A DNA stretch of 64,000 nt from Gemmatimonadales bacterium (GTDB taxonomy: Bacteria; Gemmatimonadota; Gemmatimonadetes; Gemmatimonadales; GWC2-71-9). The translations under genes were made by a program, and so were the position numbers. The first letter of the stretch is position 1. Each line of letters opens with the position of its first letter. Shown here piece by piece: positions 44,711-55,700 of the stretch. The notes under the pieces were generated by a model. It was not told the DNA's origin. It did no database searches and saw only the letters and a list, made by a program, of their open reading frames with translations. Where the stretch lies: contig CBDFJJ010000007.1 in NCBI GenBank assembly GCA_965248285.1, positions 109,209 through 173,208 of the forward strand, read 5' to 3'.

Positions 44711-45519
44711 TGGAAACCTCAACGGAGAAAGGTCCTGAGATGGAGCCGCTGGTACTGCGGGAACGACAGGGCGCGGTCGAGATCGTGACGATCAACCGGC
44801 CGCGCGTCCACAACTGCATTGACGCTGAGACTGCGCGGGAACTGAACGACCTCTTCGACGAGCTCGAGGGGGACGAGGAAGTGCGGGTCGTCATCCTCCG
44901 CGGGGCAGGGCCGTCGTTCAGCACTGGTCTCGACCTCAAAGCGCTCGCCCGCCAGGGCCCCGCGCTGATCGCCAAGGTCATCTTCGAAAAAACCGGCTGG
45001 GCCGGAATCGGGAAGCGGTTCTTTCCCAAACCTCTCATCGCCGCCGTGCATGGTTATGCGCTGGCGGGCGGGCTCGAGCTGGCGCTCTCGTGCGACTTCA
45101 TCATCGCGGCAGAGGATGCCAAACTCGGCTTCAACGAAGCGACCCTCGGACCGATTGCGGACGCGGGCGGTTGCTTCCGGCTGCCCAAGTGGGTGCCGCT
45201 GCCCCTCGCTCGGGAGATGCTCATGACGGGGAGACCGATCAGCGCGCAGCGAGCGTACGAGGCTGGCCTGGTCAACCACGTGGTGCCGCGCGAGCAGTTG
45301 ACTCCGGCGACGCTCGAAATCGCGCAAACCATCGCGACGAACTCGATCGTCTCGATGAGCATCATGAAGCGCCTCATCGCGGAGACCTTGGACCGGCCCG
45401 AGGATGAGGCGTGGACGATCAACGACCGCTACATGCGCCAATCGATGGAGACAGCGGCTTTCATGGAGGGACCGACAGCCTTCGCCGAGCGACGGCGGCC
45501 GGAGTTCTCCGGCCGATGA
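44710..45519 (+). CDS. Enoyl-CoA hydratase/isomerase (crotonase) family protein
   Basis: ORF 44494 trimmed to ATG 44710 (TGATG overlap with the upstream stop). ..VTINRPRVHNCID..RGAGPSFSTGLDL..VHGYALAGGLELALSCDF... Confidence 0.85.
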   Translation: METSTEKGPEMEPLVLRERQGAVEIVTINRPRVHNCIDAETARELNDLFDELEGDEEVRVVILRGAGPSFSTGLDLKALARQGPALIAKVIFEKTGWAGIGKRFFPKPLIAAVHGYALAGGLELALSCDFIIAAEDAKLGFNEATLGPIADAGGCFRLPKWVPLPLAREMLMTGRPISAQRAYEAGLVNHVVPREQLTPATLEIAQTIATNSIVSMSIMKRLIAETLDRPEDEAWTINDRYMRQSMETAAFMEGPTAFAERRRPEFSGR

Positions 45520-45535
45520 GGGTGCGGGAAGCTCC

Positions 45536-46789
45536 ATGAGGGGAAGAAAGGGATCGGTCGTCGTCGTCGTTCTGTTGCTCATGGCGCTGACGTTCCTGGG
45601 CCACTTCAATCGCATCGCGATCTCGGTAGCCGGCAGCGAGCGCATGATGGATCAGTACGGTATCGATCCGACCCGTATGGGTGTCGTGTATTCAGCGTTC
45701 CTCTTCACCTACGCCATCGCCATGATTCCCGCCGGCCTCCTCGCTGACCGGTTCGGGACCTGGCTCGCCCTCGGCGTGATGGCCGTCGGTCTCGCTGCCG
45801 GAAGTGTGGCCACCGGCGCCGTCGGCCTCACAGTGGGGGCCGCGCATGTGGTAGTCACGCTGCTCGTGGTGCGCGGGGTAATGGGAATGCTGTCAGCGCC
45901 ATTACACCCCTCAACGGCGCGCAGCGTCGCAGACTGGATTCCCATGCACCGCCGATCGCTGGTGAACGGACTCACACTCGGCGCGGCATTCCTGGGGATC
46001 GCTCTGACATATTACGTCTTCGGTGCGTTGATCGACCGCGTCGACTGGCCGGTCGCGTTCATGATCACCGCGGGTGTTACCCTCGTGGTGGGAGCGCTGT
46101 GGATCACCTTCGCAGCGGATATGCCGGCGGGACACCGCTCCCCGACACCCGCAAGAACCTCGCGCGCCGAGTGGCTCGCTCTGTTGCGCAATCGCAGCGT
46201 ACTCTTCGTTACCCTTGCGTACACCGCGGTTGGCTACTTTGAGTACCTTTTTTTCTACTGGATGCACTACTACTTCGACAACGTCTTGCAGATTGGGACT
46301 GAGACGAGCCGACTCTACTCGACCATCGTCACGCTCGCCATGGCCGGCGGAGTGATCTCCGGCGGGTGGCTCAGTGATCGACTCGTCGCCCGATGGGGAG
46401 CGCGCCGCGGCCGGGCCACCGTGCCTGTGGTCGGCATGATCGCCGGCGCAATCTTGCTCGTGGTCGGCGTTACCGCGGAGGCACCCCTCTGGGTGATGAT
46501 CTGGTTCAGCCTCGGGGTGTTCGCCACGACGGCCGCCGAAGCACCGTGCTGGGCCACGGCGATCGAACTGGGCAAAGCGCGCGGAGCCACAGCGGGGGGC
46601 ATCATGAACACCGGGGCCAACCTCGGTGGCTTCATCGCCCCGATTGCGACTCCATGGGTAGGCATGACGTTCGGCTGGCGGTGGGCGATTGGGCTTGGCG
46701 CCGCGGTGAGCCTGGCGGGCGGCTTGTTGTGGCTCGGAGTGAAGCCGGCGGAAGATGAGGTCACGATCGCAGAGCCGACGGTTGCGTGA
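45536..46789 (+). CDS. MFS transporter
   Basis: ORF 45404 trimmed to ATG 45536. About 12 hydrophobic segments. Confidence 0.75.
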   Translation: MRGRKGSVVVVVLLLMALTFLGHFNRIAISVAGSERMMDQYGIDPTRMGVVYSAFLFTYAIAMIPAGLLADRFGTWLALGVMAVGLAAGSVATGAVGLTVGAAHVVVTLLVVRGVMGMLSAPLHPSTARSVADWIPMHRRSLVNGLTLGAAFLGIALTYYVFGALIDRVDWPVAFMITAGVTLVVGALWITFAADMPAGHRSPTPARTSRAEWLALLRNRSVLFVTLAYTAVGYFEYLFFYWMHYYFDNVLQIGTETSRLYSTIVTLAMAGGVISGGWLSDRLVARWGARRGRATVPVVGMIAGAILLVVGVTAEAPLWVMIWFSLGVFATTAAEAPCWATAIELGKARGATAGGIMNTGANLGGFIAPIATPWVGMTFGWRWAIGLGAAVSLAGGLLWLGVKPAEDEVTIAEPTVA

Positions 46790-47274
46790 AGACGAAGCGG
46801 CCGGGATATCCACACGCTCGAGCGGTCCTGCACCCGGTGTTCCTGCCCTCCGGAGCCCCAGGGTCAGCAGCCTGTTCTATGAAAGCGATTGTCAAGGGCA
46901 GACTTCGTCTGCGCTGATTGGTCGGCGTTCTTTTTCCTGGCAATCAGCCCCACCTTTTTTGAGGGCGACTTCCGGTGCTTCCGGGTACGCCGGGCAGTCT
47001 TCTTCGGCATCATTCACCTCAATTCGTCTCCCGATCCGACGGAACACATGCAAGCGTCGTTGGTCGCGCGAGGCGAACCATAGTTCTATCTGAGACTCGG
47101 CACGGAGCCGGCCTGACGCTTCTTCTGGTTCTGCGAGGGGGCCTAGAGTTAGACGAGTGCCTCGGCGTGACTGCTGGCCGGGCAGACGGCTCTGTCGAGA
47201 CTGTCCCCCACACCGATGTCCTGGATCCTGGAGCCGTGGACGAGGTAAACGCACCCGCACCAGCGCCTCAGGAA

Positions 47275-48339
47275 CTAGGACGATTGTCGCGTCAACTGCG
47301 TCGGATCATAGGACGCTCCTGTCTTCCACAGACGTAGCGTGAGCGCGGCGATCTTGCGGGCGAGCGTCAGGCGTGCCAACTCCGGGCGCAGCCCGCGGGC
47401 CACTAAGGCTTGGTAAAAGTCCTGGAGCGGACCAGGCCGCGATGCGGCAGCGGTCGCCGCACCTTTGAACACGTCCTTCAGTACGCGGTTGTGATTGCGA
47501 TTGAGTCCCCGGGTCAGCGGGGCGCGGCGGCGCCGGACCGGCTGGCCCGCCACGAACGTATGATCGGCACTGGACCAGGTCACCACGGCCAGCCCCGCGT
47601 AGGCCCACAGATTCCGTTTGGTGCGAAAGCGCCAGGGCGTTCCCATCGTGGCCAGGAGCAGCGCGACCCGCACGGGTCCGTAGAACGGGATTGCCCCCAG
47701 TACGGACCACGCCGGATCGCGCTTGCCCTCGGCGATCATCGCGCCCTTCGCCTTGGGACGCAGCGCGCGCAGCACATCGAGTTCGGCGTAGAGCACCTCG
47801 GCCCGGAACCGCACCCCGCGCTCGGGGAGTTGCTCGAGCCACTGCACACGGGCCTTGGTTTGATACACGCCCGTGCCGGGGGTCGGAATCGCGCGGGCGC
47901 GGAACAGCGCTTTGATCCGGAGCATCACGCGGGTGCTGTCTTCGACCAGGTTTCGGTAGGTGCGGGTGAGTTCCTTCAGGTCGGCGCGATGCGCACTGCC
48001 GTGATAGACCGGACGCAGCCCGCCCAACCGCAGCAACTCGGACAGCCGGTCGGCATCGACCTGATCGCCCTTGTTGCCCTGGCGGGCCACCTGACGCGGA
48101 TCACAGACGACGACGCGATCGGCGAGCGGCGCGACCAGATCGTGCAACCACTGCGACTGCGTTCCCACCTCGAAGGCGACGTGCCGCGCCCCTCTCATGC
48201 CACGAAGGAACTCGACGAGCGACGGCCCGTGCGTCTCCAGGACGCTCCGGGCGAGCACCCGCCCGCTGTCATCCCGCACCGAGGCCACCGTGGTTGCCTG
48301 ATGGACGTCAAACCCCACATACTTCGTCGTGAGTTTCAT
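47275..48339 (-). CDS. IS110-family transposase/recombinase (DEDD plus C-terminal domain)
   Basis: MKLTTKYVGFDVHQATTV.. is the typical N-terminus. ORF 47275..48384 trimmed to ATG 48339 (AAGGAG SD 8 nt upstream). Confidence 0.8.
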   Translation of the reverse strand: MKLTTKYVGFDVHQATTVASVRDDSGRVLARSVLETHGPSLVEFLRGMRGARHVAFEVGTQSQWLHDLVAPLADRVVVCDPRQVARQGNKGDQVDADRLSELLRLGGLRPVYHGSAHRADLKELTRTYRNLVEDSTRVMLRIKALFRARAIPTPGTGVYQTKARVQWLEQLPERGVRFRAEVLYAELDVLRALRPKAKGAMIAEGKRDPAWSVLGAIPFYGPVRVALLLATMGTPWRFRTKRNLWAYAGLAVVTWSSADHTFVAGQPVRRRRAPLTRGLNRNHNRVLKDVFKGAATAAASRPGPLQDFYQALVARGLRPELARLTLARKIAALTLRLWKTGASYDPTQLTRQSS

Positions 48340-48420
48340 GAGAGCCGCTCCTTGTTGTGGTCCTTGGGTCTTGGTCGACTCCATGGTAGCAACAAGGGGC
48401 GTGCTTTCAATATGCGTTAG
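47275..48420 (-). mobile_element. IS110-family element (minimum extent; true ends not determinable from one copy)
   Basis: The family lacks terminal inverted repeats and only one copy is in the window. The upstream non-coding arm lies between the CDS and the 48421 palindrome. Confidence 0.5.
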
Positions 48421-48515
48421 ACGTGAGAGGTGAGAAGTGAGAGGGCCACCCGGCCGTCCCCTTTTTGGGGGTGGGGATGGGGGGCCGTCTCACGTCTCAC
48501 GTCTCACTTCTCACT
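48421..48515. repeat. Imperfect palindrome built from inverted arrays of GTGAGA heptamers around a C4-T5-G5 core
   Basis: The left arm reads cGTGAGA gGTGAGA aGTGAGA. The right arm reads TCTCACg TCTCACg TCTCACt TCTCAC. GTGAGAAGTGAG pairs with CTCACTTCTCAC. Confidence 0.8.
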
Positions 48516-48532
48516 ATCAACTGGAGGCCACA

Positions 48533-49480
48533 ATGCAATTACGCCCTACCGCCCTTCTTTGCCTGTCGCTGGCCATAATCGGCTGCCAGGCCGAACCGAT
48601 CGTCCGCACCGCGGATCCTTACTTGCGTGGGTTCACCGATGAGGACTTCCCGCGGGTCCAAGAACTGGCGGACGGGGTGTATTCCTACGAGGAGCTTCGA
48701 TCGGCTGGGGAGGAAAAATTCACCACGGTCAGCCTGTTTGTGGTGACATCCGCCGGCGTGTTGGTCGCGGACGGGCAGGGGAGTCTCGCCGAGACGCAGC
48801 GCATGGTCGATGCGATCGCGGACATTACCGACCAACCGATCACGCACGTCGTGATTTGCTCCGATCACGGAGATCACACCGCGGGGAACGCAGTTTTCCC
48901 GGAGGGTGCGATCTTTCTCGCGCATCCCACATCAAAGGCCAACCTAGAACAGAGCGCCGGCAATCCGAATCGATCGGCCGACGCGCCTCCGGTAATCCTT
49001 CCCACCGAGCTCGTCGAAGACGAGAAAGTACTGCAGCTCGGCGACAAAGAGATCCACGTACGATTTTTGGGACGCGCGCATACCGGTGGAGACCTAGTGG
49101 TCTACTTGCCCGCCGAGAGAATTCTCTTCATGAGCGAAGCATATCTCAATCGAATATTTCCTGCGATGCGTTCGGCTTACCCGTCGGAGTGGGTGACGAT
49201 GATCGAACGGGCGCAAGCCATGGACGTCGATGTTTTCGTTCCGGGTCACGGGTTCGTTGAGTCACCCGAGGTTCTCGAAGAGGAGCTGGAGACGCACCGG
49301 CGAGCGGTGGAGCAAGTGATCGCGGAGGCGAAGCGGTTGCACGACGCGGGCGTGAGCGTGGAGGACGCGGTAGAGCAGGCGCAGTTTGGTGATCTGGAAG
49401 GTTGGAGCCTGCGCGCGAGTCAGGGCCCGCGCGCGATTCAACGTGTGTACTTGGAGTTGAATGGAGAGCTATCTCGCTAG
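48533..49480 (+). CDS. MBL-fold metallo-hydrolase lipoprotein
   Basis: ORF 48437 trimmed to ATG 48533. Lipobox LAIIGC; metal motif CSDHGDH. Confidence 0.8.
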   Translation: MQLRPTALLCLSLAIIGCQAEPIVRTADPYLRGFTDEDFPRVQELADGVYSYEELRSAGEEKFTTVSLFVVTSAGVLVADGQGSLAETQRMVDAIADITDQPITHVVICSDHGDHTAGNAVFPEGAIFLAHPTSKANLEQSAGNPNRSADAPPVILPTELVEDEKVLQLGDKEIHVRFLGRAHTGGDLVVYLPAERILFMSEAYLNRIFPAMRSAYPSEWVTMIERAQAMDVDVFVPGHGFVESPEVLEEELETHRRAVEQVIAEAKRLHDAGVSVEDAVEQAQFGDLEGWSLRASQGPRAIQRVYLELNGELSR

Positions 49481-49502
49481 GCGAACACAGGAGCGCGCCG
49501 TT

Positions 49503-50096
49503 TCAAATCGGCTTGAATAGCTCCATCAGGTTGACTGTGAAGGGCATCTCGGCGGCCGCTGTCTGCCACGTGAGTCGTCCCGCTTCCAACTCAGGAAACT
49601 CGAGGTTCGGACGCCAGATTTCCACGCGTTGCAGGTCCGGGTCCACGATCCAATAGAGTGGAATCTGTTGCTCTTGGTATAGACGTCGCTTGCTGAAGCG
49701 ATCATGTCGAGCCGTGCTCGGGCTCAACACTTCAATCACGAGCAACAACGTCCTCATGCGACTCCAATCGAGGGAGCGTGCTTCGGAAAGGTCCACCACG
49801 AAGAGATCGGGTTGGACCAGAGTGTCGTCGCTCCACGAGATATCGGCGGGTGATTGTAAGACCACGCCGACCGACTCACTCTCGAGATAGTTGGCCAGGG
49901 CAACATGCAATCGGCCCAGGACCAGCTGATGCCAGGCTCGTGGCGAGGGCGTCACGAGTAGCTCGCCGTGGACGGTTTCGTAGCGGTTACCGTCGTCCGG
50001 GAAGGTCCGGACCATATCTGCTGTGTAGTACACTGGGGCGGCCATACCCATAGCGTAAGCTCGGCGGGTGAGGGAGCGCAAGAGTGGTTCACTCAC
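49503..50096 (-). CDS. Uma2-family (DUF820) endonuclease
   Basis: ..YETVHGELLVTPSP..PDLFVV..LVIEVLSPST..YWIVDP... Confidence 0.75.
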   Translation of the reverse strand: MSEPLLRSLTRRAYAMGMAAPVYYTADMVRTFPDDGNRYETVHGELLVTPSPRAWHQLVLGRLHVALANYLESESVGVVLQSPADISWSDDTLVQPDLFVVDLSEARSLDWSRMRTLLLVIEVLSPSTARHDRFSKRRLYQEQQIPLYWIVDPDLQRVEIWRPNLEFPELEAGRLTWQTAAAEMPFTVNLMELFKPI

Positions 50097-50238
50097 CCAG
50101 ACTACAATGCCGGGGTGATGTCCCCATAACCATTCGATTGCGGCGTGGTGCGAGCTATTTCACGCCGATCCTGGATCTCATGAAGATCTTGAGCCGAGTT
50201 GACGCAATCCGGTCGGCGCGCTGCGCCCCGCTGTCAGC

Positions 50239-51768
50239 CTACTGAATCAGCACCGACCCGGATGTCCGCTCGATGAACGCATCCAACGTTCGCTTCCATT
50301 GCGTTAGCAGTGTCTGCTCGACGTACATCATGTGTCCCGCCGCAAAGTCCGCGCGTTGAATGTTATCGCGCAGGTCGGGCGGCAACCCCATGTTGTCCAT
50401 CGTCCACACAGCGGCGAAGTACGGCGTAGCGAGATCGTAGATCCCGTTGACAAGCAACACCTCGAGTCTGGGATTTCGTTCGATGGCGGTTGCGAGATCG
50501 GGTGCCACGTTCGGAATACCCTCCAGCCCGAATCCGATATTGTTCCCACGATCCCAGTTCCACGGACGAGCCCTGGCGCTCGGCACGTACTCCCGGTCGC
50601 CGTCGTACCCCAGCTCGTTGCGCACGTAGGTGTTGAATGCTGAGGTGTACGCGGAGCTGATGGCCGACGACTGAGGGTCGTGGGACGGTGTCGTTTCCAA
50701 CTGATCGCCGGTTGGTCCCGTGAAGCGGGCGTCCAGCCGTCCCACCACGAGACGTTGATCCCGCAACAGCTCTTTCTCGAACTCCGGAGCGGACACGCGC
50801 AAGTCCGACTTGTCGAGGAAGTCGCGGCTGAGCCCTGTGTAGCGATGCATCTGGTCGATGACGGTACTGCGCTGTTGGGGGTCCACGGCTCCGCCGGCGA
50901 GTATTGTCGTCGCGTAGTCCGTCATGGCCCAATGCTCGACCTCTTTCATGAACGCCTCGAGGTCGGCGGGTTTCCCCCCGGGCAGCGCATCGAGATACGC
51001 GGCGGTCACCGCGTACGACGGCACGTTCACGATATAGGGGATCGCCGCTCCCGGCGGGAACAGAATCGTGTTGAAGTCGAGTACGGCGGACACGAGCACG
51101 ATGCCGTTCAGGTCGATGTTCGCGCCTTGCAGGTGCCTGGCCAGCACCGCCGAGCGCGTTGTTCCGTAGCTCTCACCAAGAAGGTAGCGGGGTGAGTTCC
51201 ACCGCTTGTACTCGCTCAGGAAGCGGCGGATGAACTGCGTCAATGACCGCGCGTCCTCATCGAGTCCCCAGAAGTCGGCTCCCGTCGCCTCACCGGCGGG
51301 GCGGCTGAACCCCGTGCCCACCGGGTCGATCATCACGATGTCGGCCTTATCGAGCAGCGTGTATTCGTTGTCGTCAAGGGGGTACGGCGGCGGCGCTTGC
51401 TGTCCCACGTTGGGCGTGATCACGCGGCGGGGTCCCATGATGCCCATGTGCAACCAGAACGATGCCGACCCGGGCCCGCCGTTGTAGGCAAAGAGGATCG
51501 GGCGTGTGGATGAGGTACCCCCGTTCGTGCGGAAGTACGCCGTGTAGAACAGCTCGGCAGTTGCTTTCGCTTCGGTATCACGAAGAATCGTGCTTCCGAC
51601 AACCGCATCGTACTCGACCGTCTCGCCGTTTACAGAGATGGAGTGGTGGCTTTCCCAGCGCGACGGTGTGGGTTCGGGAAGTGTGGGAGGCGCATCCTCC
51701 TGCGCCCAAACACGAACCGGCGACATCGCAACGGAGGTAATCAGTAACGAAACGACCGACTTTACCAT
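50239..51768 (-). CDS. S10-family serine carboxypeptidase
   Basis: NGGPGSAS and the nucleophile motif GESYGT. Signal peptide ..SVAMSPVRVWAQ. Confidence 0.8.
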   Translation of the reverse strand: MVKSVVSLLITSVAMSPVRVWAQEDAPPTLPEPTPSRWESHHSISVNGETVEYDAVVGSTILRDTEAKATAELFYTAYFRTNGGTSSTRPILFAYNGGPGSASFWLHMGIMGPRRVITPNVGQQAPPPYPLDDNEYTLLDKADIVMIDPVGTGFSRPAGEATGADFWGLDEDARSLTQFIRRFLSEYKRWNSPRYLLGESYGTTRSAVLARHLQGANIDLNGIVLVSAVLDFNTILFPPGAAIPYIVNVPSYAVTAAYLDALPGGKPADLEAFMKEVEHWAMTDYATTILAGGAVDPQQRSTVIDQMHRYTGLSRDFLDKSDLRVSAPEFEKELLRDQRLVVGRLDARFTGPTGDQLETTPSHDPQSSAISSAYTSAFNTYVRNELGYDGDREYVPSARARPWNWDRGNNIGFGLEGIPNVAPDLATAIERNPRLEVLLVNGIYDLATPYFAAVWTMDNMGLPPDLRDNIQRADFAAGHMMYVEQTLLTQWKRTLDAFIERTSGSVLIQ

Positions 51769-51811
51769 GATGACACCAAGTGTGTTGAGGTTGTGATGCC
51801 GACGGGTTTAC

Positions 51812-52624
51812 TCACTCGCCCGTTCGACCTGCAGCTTCTCTACCCACGGCCAAGGCTTCGGGCTCCGTCACGATGATGACGCGGAACCCCTGTTCGAGCC
51901 GCTCCGCGATGTCGTCCACACCCGCGGTTACTCCGCACGGCACATCGAACTCCTTACAGGCGGCAAGGATGGTCTGAATCGCGTTCTCGACGGCCTCCAT
52001 GTCGCCTTCGTATGCACGCCTCAAATCCCCGGGCCCCGCAAAGACGACGCCCACACCGGGCGTGCTCAGGATCTCGCGAACGTTCGCCACACCCACCTTG
52101 TCCTCCACGATCAGTATGCTGACCAGGTGTCCTCCGGGATTGCCGGGCCAGGCGTCAGGCCCCATGGCGCTCACCGCCACCGCGGCTTGCGCGGCGGATT
52201 CCATGTGCGGCACCACGATGGCCCCCACACCGGCGGCAAGACCCTGGCGCACGTGATCTCGGGCGGCTTCCTCGCCTTCTCCGATTGGCGGGATGCGCAA
52301 TGCCATGGGACGGGCGCCCTCCTCATCCGAAGCCGCGGCCATGTTTTCCTTATAGGCCGTCATGGTTGGGATATCGAACGGGCCCGACTCTAATGAATAG
52401 AAAACGAAGTCCGTCTCGCGGTTCTGGGCCATGATGGCGCCCTGTTCCGCCGTGTGATCGCCTGAGAACATTCCAAATACGGGTTGGCCGGCGGCGAGCA
52501 GGCCCACGATGGTATTCGTCATTTCGTCTGTCCGGTTGGAAGCTGGTGCGCACGCTGCCATGGCAACGGTCAGGAGGGCCAAGCAGGTGATCGGATTGTT
52601 TTTCATGCGACCTATTCTCGGCAT
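51812..52624 (-). CDS. HpcH/HpaI aldolase-like TIM-barrel lipoprotein (tentative)
   Basis: Lipobox LTVAMAAC. ..ALRIPP..LAAGVGAIVVPHMESAAQA..IVEDKVGVANVREIL..VVFAGPGDL.. follows the family pattern. Confidence 0.5.
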   Translation of the reverse strand: MPRIGRMKNNPITCLALLTVAMAACAPASNRTDEMTNTIVGLLAAGQPVFGMFSGDHTAEQGAIMAQNRETDFVFYSLESGPFDIPTMTAYKENMAAASDEEGARPMALRIPPIGEGEEAARDHVRQGLAAGVGAIVVPHMESAAQAAVAVSAMGPDAWPGNPGGHLVSILIVEDKVGVANVREILSTPGVGVVFAGPGDLRRAYEGDMEAVENAIQTILAACKEFDVPCGVTAGVDDIAERLEQGFRVIIVTEPEALAVGREAAGRTGE

Positions 52625-52711
52625 CGGTAAACCGTCGGGCTGGGATCATCGTGGGCGAGCGGCTATTCTACCGTCTGATCCCAAACATGCAACTCTGGGT
52701 GGAGGCTTGCC

Positions 52712-55700
52712 ATGAGGTACTTGAGCAGATCGCTGGTCGGTTGGCGACTAGCCATCGCGACCACGCTTGTGTCGTTTGGTCTGCCAGCGGCCGCGTCGGC
52801 CCGGCAGGCGGACACCACTTGGGACGTGACGCTGGCGCGCGGTCAAACGCGGGAGATCGATTTCACGACCAGTGAGGGAACCTGGATGTCGGCGGACATC
52901 TCGCCCGACGGTCGCTGGATCGTTTTCGATCTGCTGGCACATGTCTACCGGGTGCCGGCAGAGGGCGGGGAGGCCGAGTCCCTCACCCAGAACAGCGGCG
53001 TCGCAACGAACTACCATCCCCGCTACTCCCCGGACGGGCAACACATCGCGTTCATCTCCGACCGAAGGGGACAGAACAACCTCTGGATCATGGATGCCGA
53101 CGGCGCCAACCCCCGGCCGGTGTTCACCGATCTGAACGCTCGGGCGGTAGAGCCGGCATGGACGCCGGATGGCAACTACATCATCGTGCGGCGGTATCAG
53201 GTCACGGGCCCGCGACCACGTCGCAGCGGCATCTGGATGTATCACCGGGACGGTGGCGAGGGCGTCGAACTGCTGGGTCCCGAGCAGCCGGGTGCGAGCT
53301 GGCCAAGCGTCTCCCGCGACGGGCGCTACGTCTATTTCCATGTCTCGCTGGACGGTCCTCGGCTGCTGTACAGACCCGATCTCTCAAAGGGGGACTTCCA
53401 GATCCGCCGCCTGGAGCGGGCGACGGGCGACATCATGGACGTCACGATGGGCCAGGACGCGCAACAGTTTCGCGCGTCCAGCGGCGGGGCAATTGCACCG
53501 GAGGTTTCGCCGGACGGCCGCTGGCTCGCATTTGCGCGCAAGATCCCCAATGGAACCATCTCGTGGAAGGGTCATCGCTTTGGCCCCCGCACGGCGCTCT
53601 GGCTCCGCGACCTCCGAACCGGTGCCGAGCGGGCGATCATGGACCCCATCGAGGTCGACCTTTCCGAGGGAATGAAGATGCTGCGGGTGCTGCCGGGCTA
53701 CAGCTGGGCGGCGGACGGGAAGTCGATCGTGATCTCACAGGGTGGGAAGCTACGCCGGCTGGACGTGCAAACCGGGGCCGTCAGCAGCATCCCGTTCACT
53801 GCCCAAGTCCACCGCACTATCTCCGAGATGGCATGGGCACCCTCCCGGATCTCGGATGGGCCACTCGAAGTGCGCTTCGTGAGGTGGCACACGGCCTCCC
53901 CGGATGGCCGGCGCCTCGCCTTCGAGGCGGTGGGGAAGATCTGGATCATGGAGTTGCCCAACGGCACGCCCCGGCGCCTGACGGGCGAGGGGTTCGAGCC
54001 CTTGGAGTTCGCTCCCACCTGGTCGCCCGATGGGCGCTGGCTTGCCTTCACGAGCTGGGATGATGAAAACCGGGGGCAACTGTGGAAGGTTCACGCAGGT
54101 GGGAACGGCAGCGGCGCTCCTGAGGCGGTGATCGCGGAGCCCGGGGAGTATCTCCACCCGGTATGGAGTCCCGACGGTACCCATTTGGTCGCGACTCGCG
54201 GAGCGGGAGCAACGGCCCGAGGCCGGAATCTGATCAACAACCCCTGGTACGAAATCATCCGGGTGCCGGCCACGGGTGGCGACCCGGAGGTGTTGGCGCG
54301 AGTCGACTTCGAGGCGGAGCGCAGCATCTGGAGCGTGATCGTTCGCCAAGTTACCCGCGCCGCCTTCGGGCCGGAGGGGCGGATCTTCTACCACGAGCGG
54401 ATACCGCAGGGGCCGGACGGGACCGGCGACGTCGTCACGCACTTCGTTTCGATCAAGTCCGACGGTAGTGATCGGCGGGTTCACATCACCATCCCGCACG
54501 GCGACGAAATCGTCCCGTCCCCTGACGGCAAGTGGGTCGCGTTTCAGGAAGGGGACAACGTTTATCTCACCTCGTTGCCCTGGCCGGGCGCGGCAGGAGC
54601 GCCTGTGCACGTGGACCGTAGGCGGTCGAAGCTTCCCGTGAAGCAGCTCTCGCTCGAGGGCGGCACGTTCCCCCGCTGGCGGGACGCGACGACGCTGGAA
54701 TTCGGAAGCGGCAACCGGTACTTCGTCTACCATGTTGCAACCGCGTCAACGGACACCTTTAATATCCGGCTGCGCGTGCCGCGCGACATCCCGAGTGGCA
54801 CGATTGCGCTCACAGGCGGGCGCATCGTGACGATGGAGGATAGGCAGGTCATCGAGCGGGGCAGCGTCGTCGTGACGGCCGGTCGAATCAGCTGCGTGGG
54901 TGAGTGCGACGCCTCACGCGCCGACCGCGTGGTCGACGTGAGCGGCAAAACGTTGATTCCCGGGATCATCGACATGCACACGCATCACTACCGGGAGCAC
55001 CGGGGGATCAGCCCGCGCCATAACTACGAGACTGCCATCTATCTCGCATACGGTGTCACCACCGGCTCCGATCCCTCGGCTTGGGATCAGAACGTCTTCA
55101 CCCAAGCGGAGATGATCGAGGTGGGAGCGACCATCGGCCCGCGAACTTTCAGTCCCGGCAGTCCGCTGTATGCCGGCGATGCAGCGCGGCATAACGAAGT
55201 GACGAGCTACGACGCGGCGGAGCGACAGGTTCGACGGCTCATGTCGTGGGGTGCTGTCTCGATTAAGTCCTACATGCAGCCACGCCGGGACCAGCGCCAA
55301 TGGATCGTGGATGTGGCGCGAAAGTACGGACTCGAGGTCACCGGTGAAGGCGGCGACCTGGCGTACAACCTGGGCCTGATTATGGACGGCCAGACGGGGT
55401 GGGAGCACCCTATGGGGTACGCCGTACTCTATAGCGATGCGGCCAAGTTCTTCGGGAAGGCTGGCACTACCTACTCGGCCACTCCCATCGTGGCCGGTCC
55501 CGGGCCGTGGAGCGAAGAATACTTCTACCAAGAGAGTGAGATCTGGCGGGATGAGAAGCAGCAACGCTGGATGCCATGGCGGCAGCTCTTACCACACACC
55601 CGGCGCCGTGCGTTGCGGCCGGTCACCGACTACAGCTTCCCCCTCCTGGCTCAGAGCGTGGCGGACATCATTGCGGAAGGCGGCTACGGGGCGGTTGGAT

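Noticed and set aside
46892-47260. A 122-aa minus-strand ORF whose segment ..IELWFASRDQRRLHVFRR.. faintly recalls the C-terminus of Uma2-family proteins.
   Set aside because: The resemblance is short and weak, the rest is Arg/Pro-rich low-complexity sequence, and it has no plausible start or SD.
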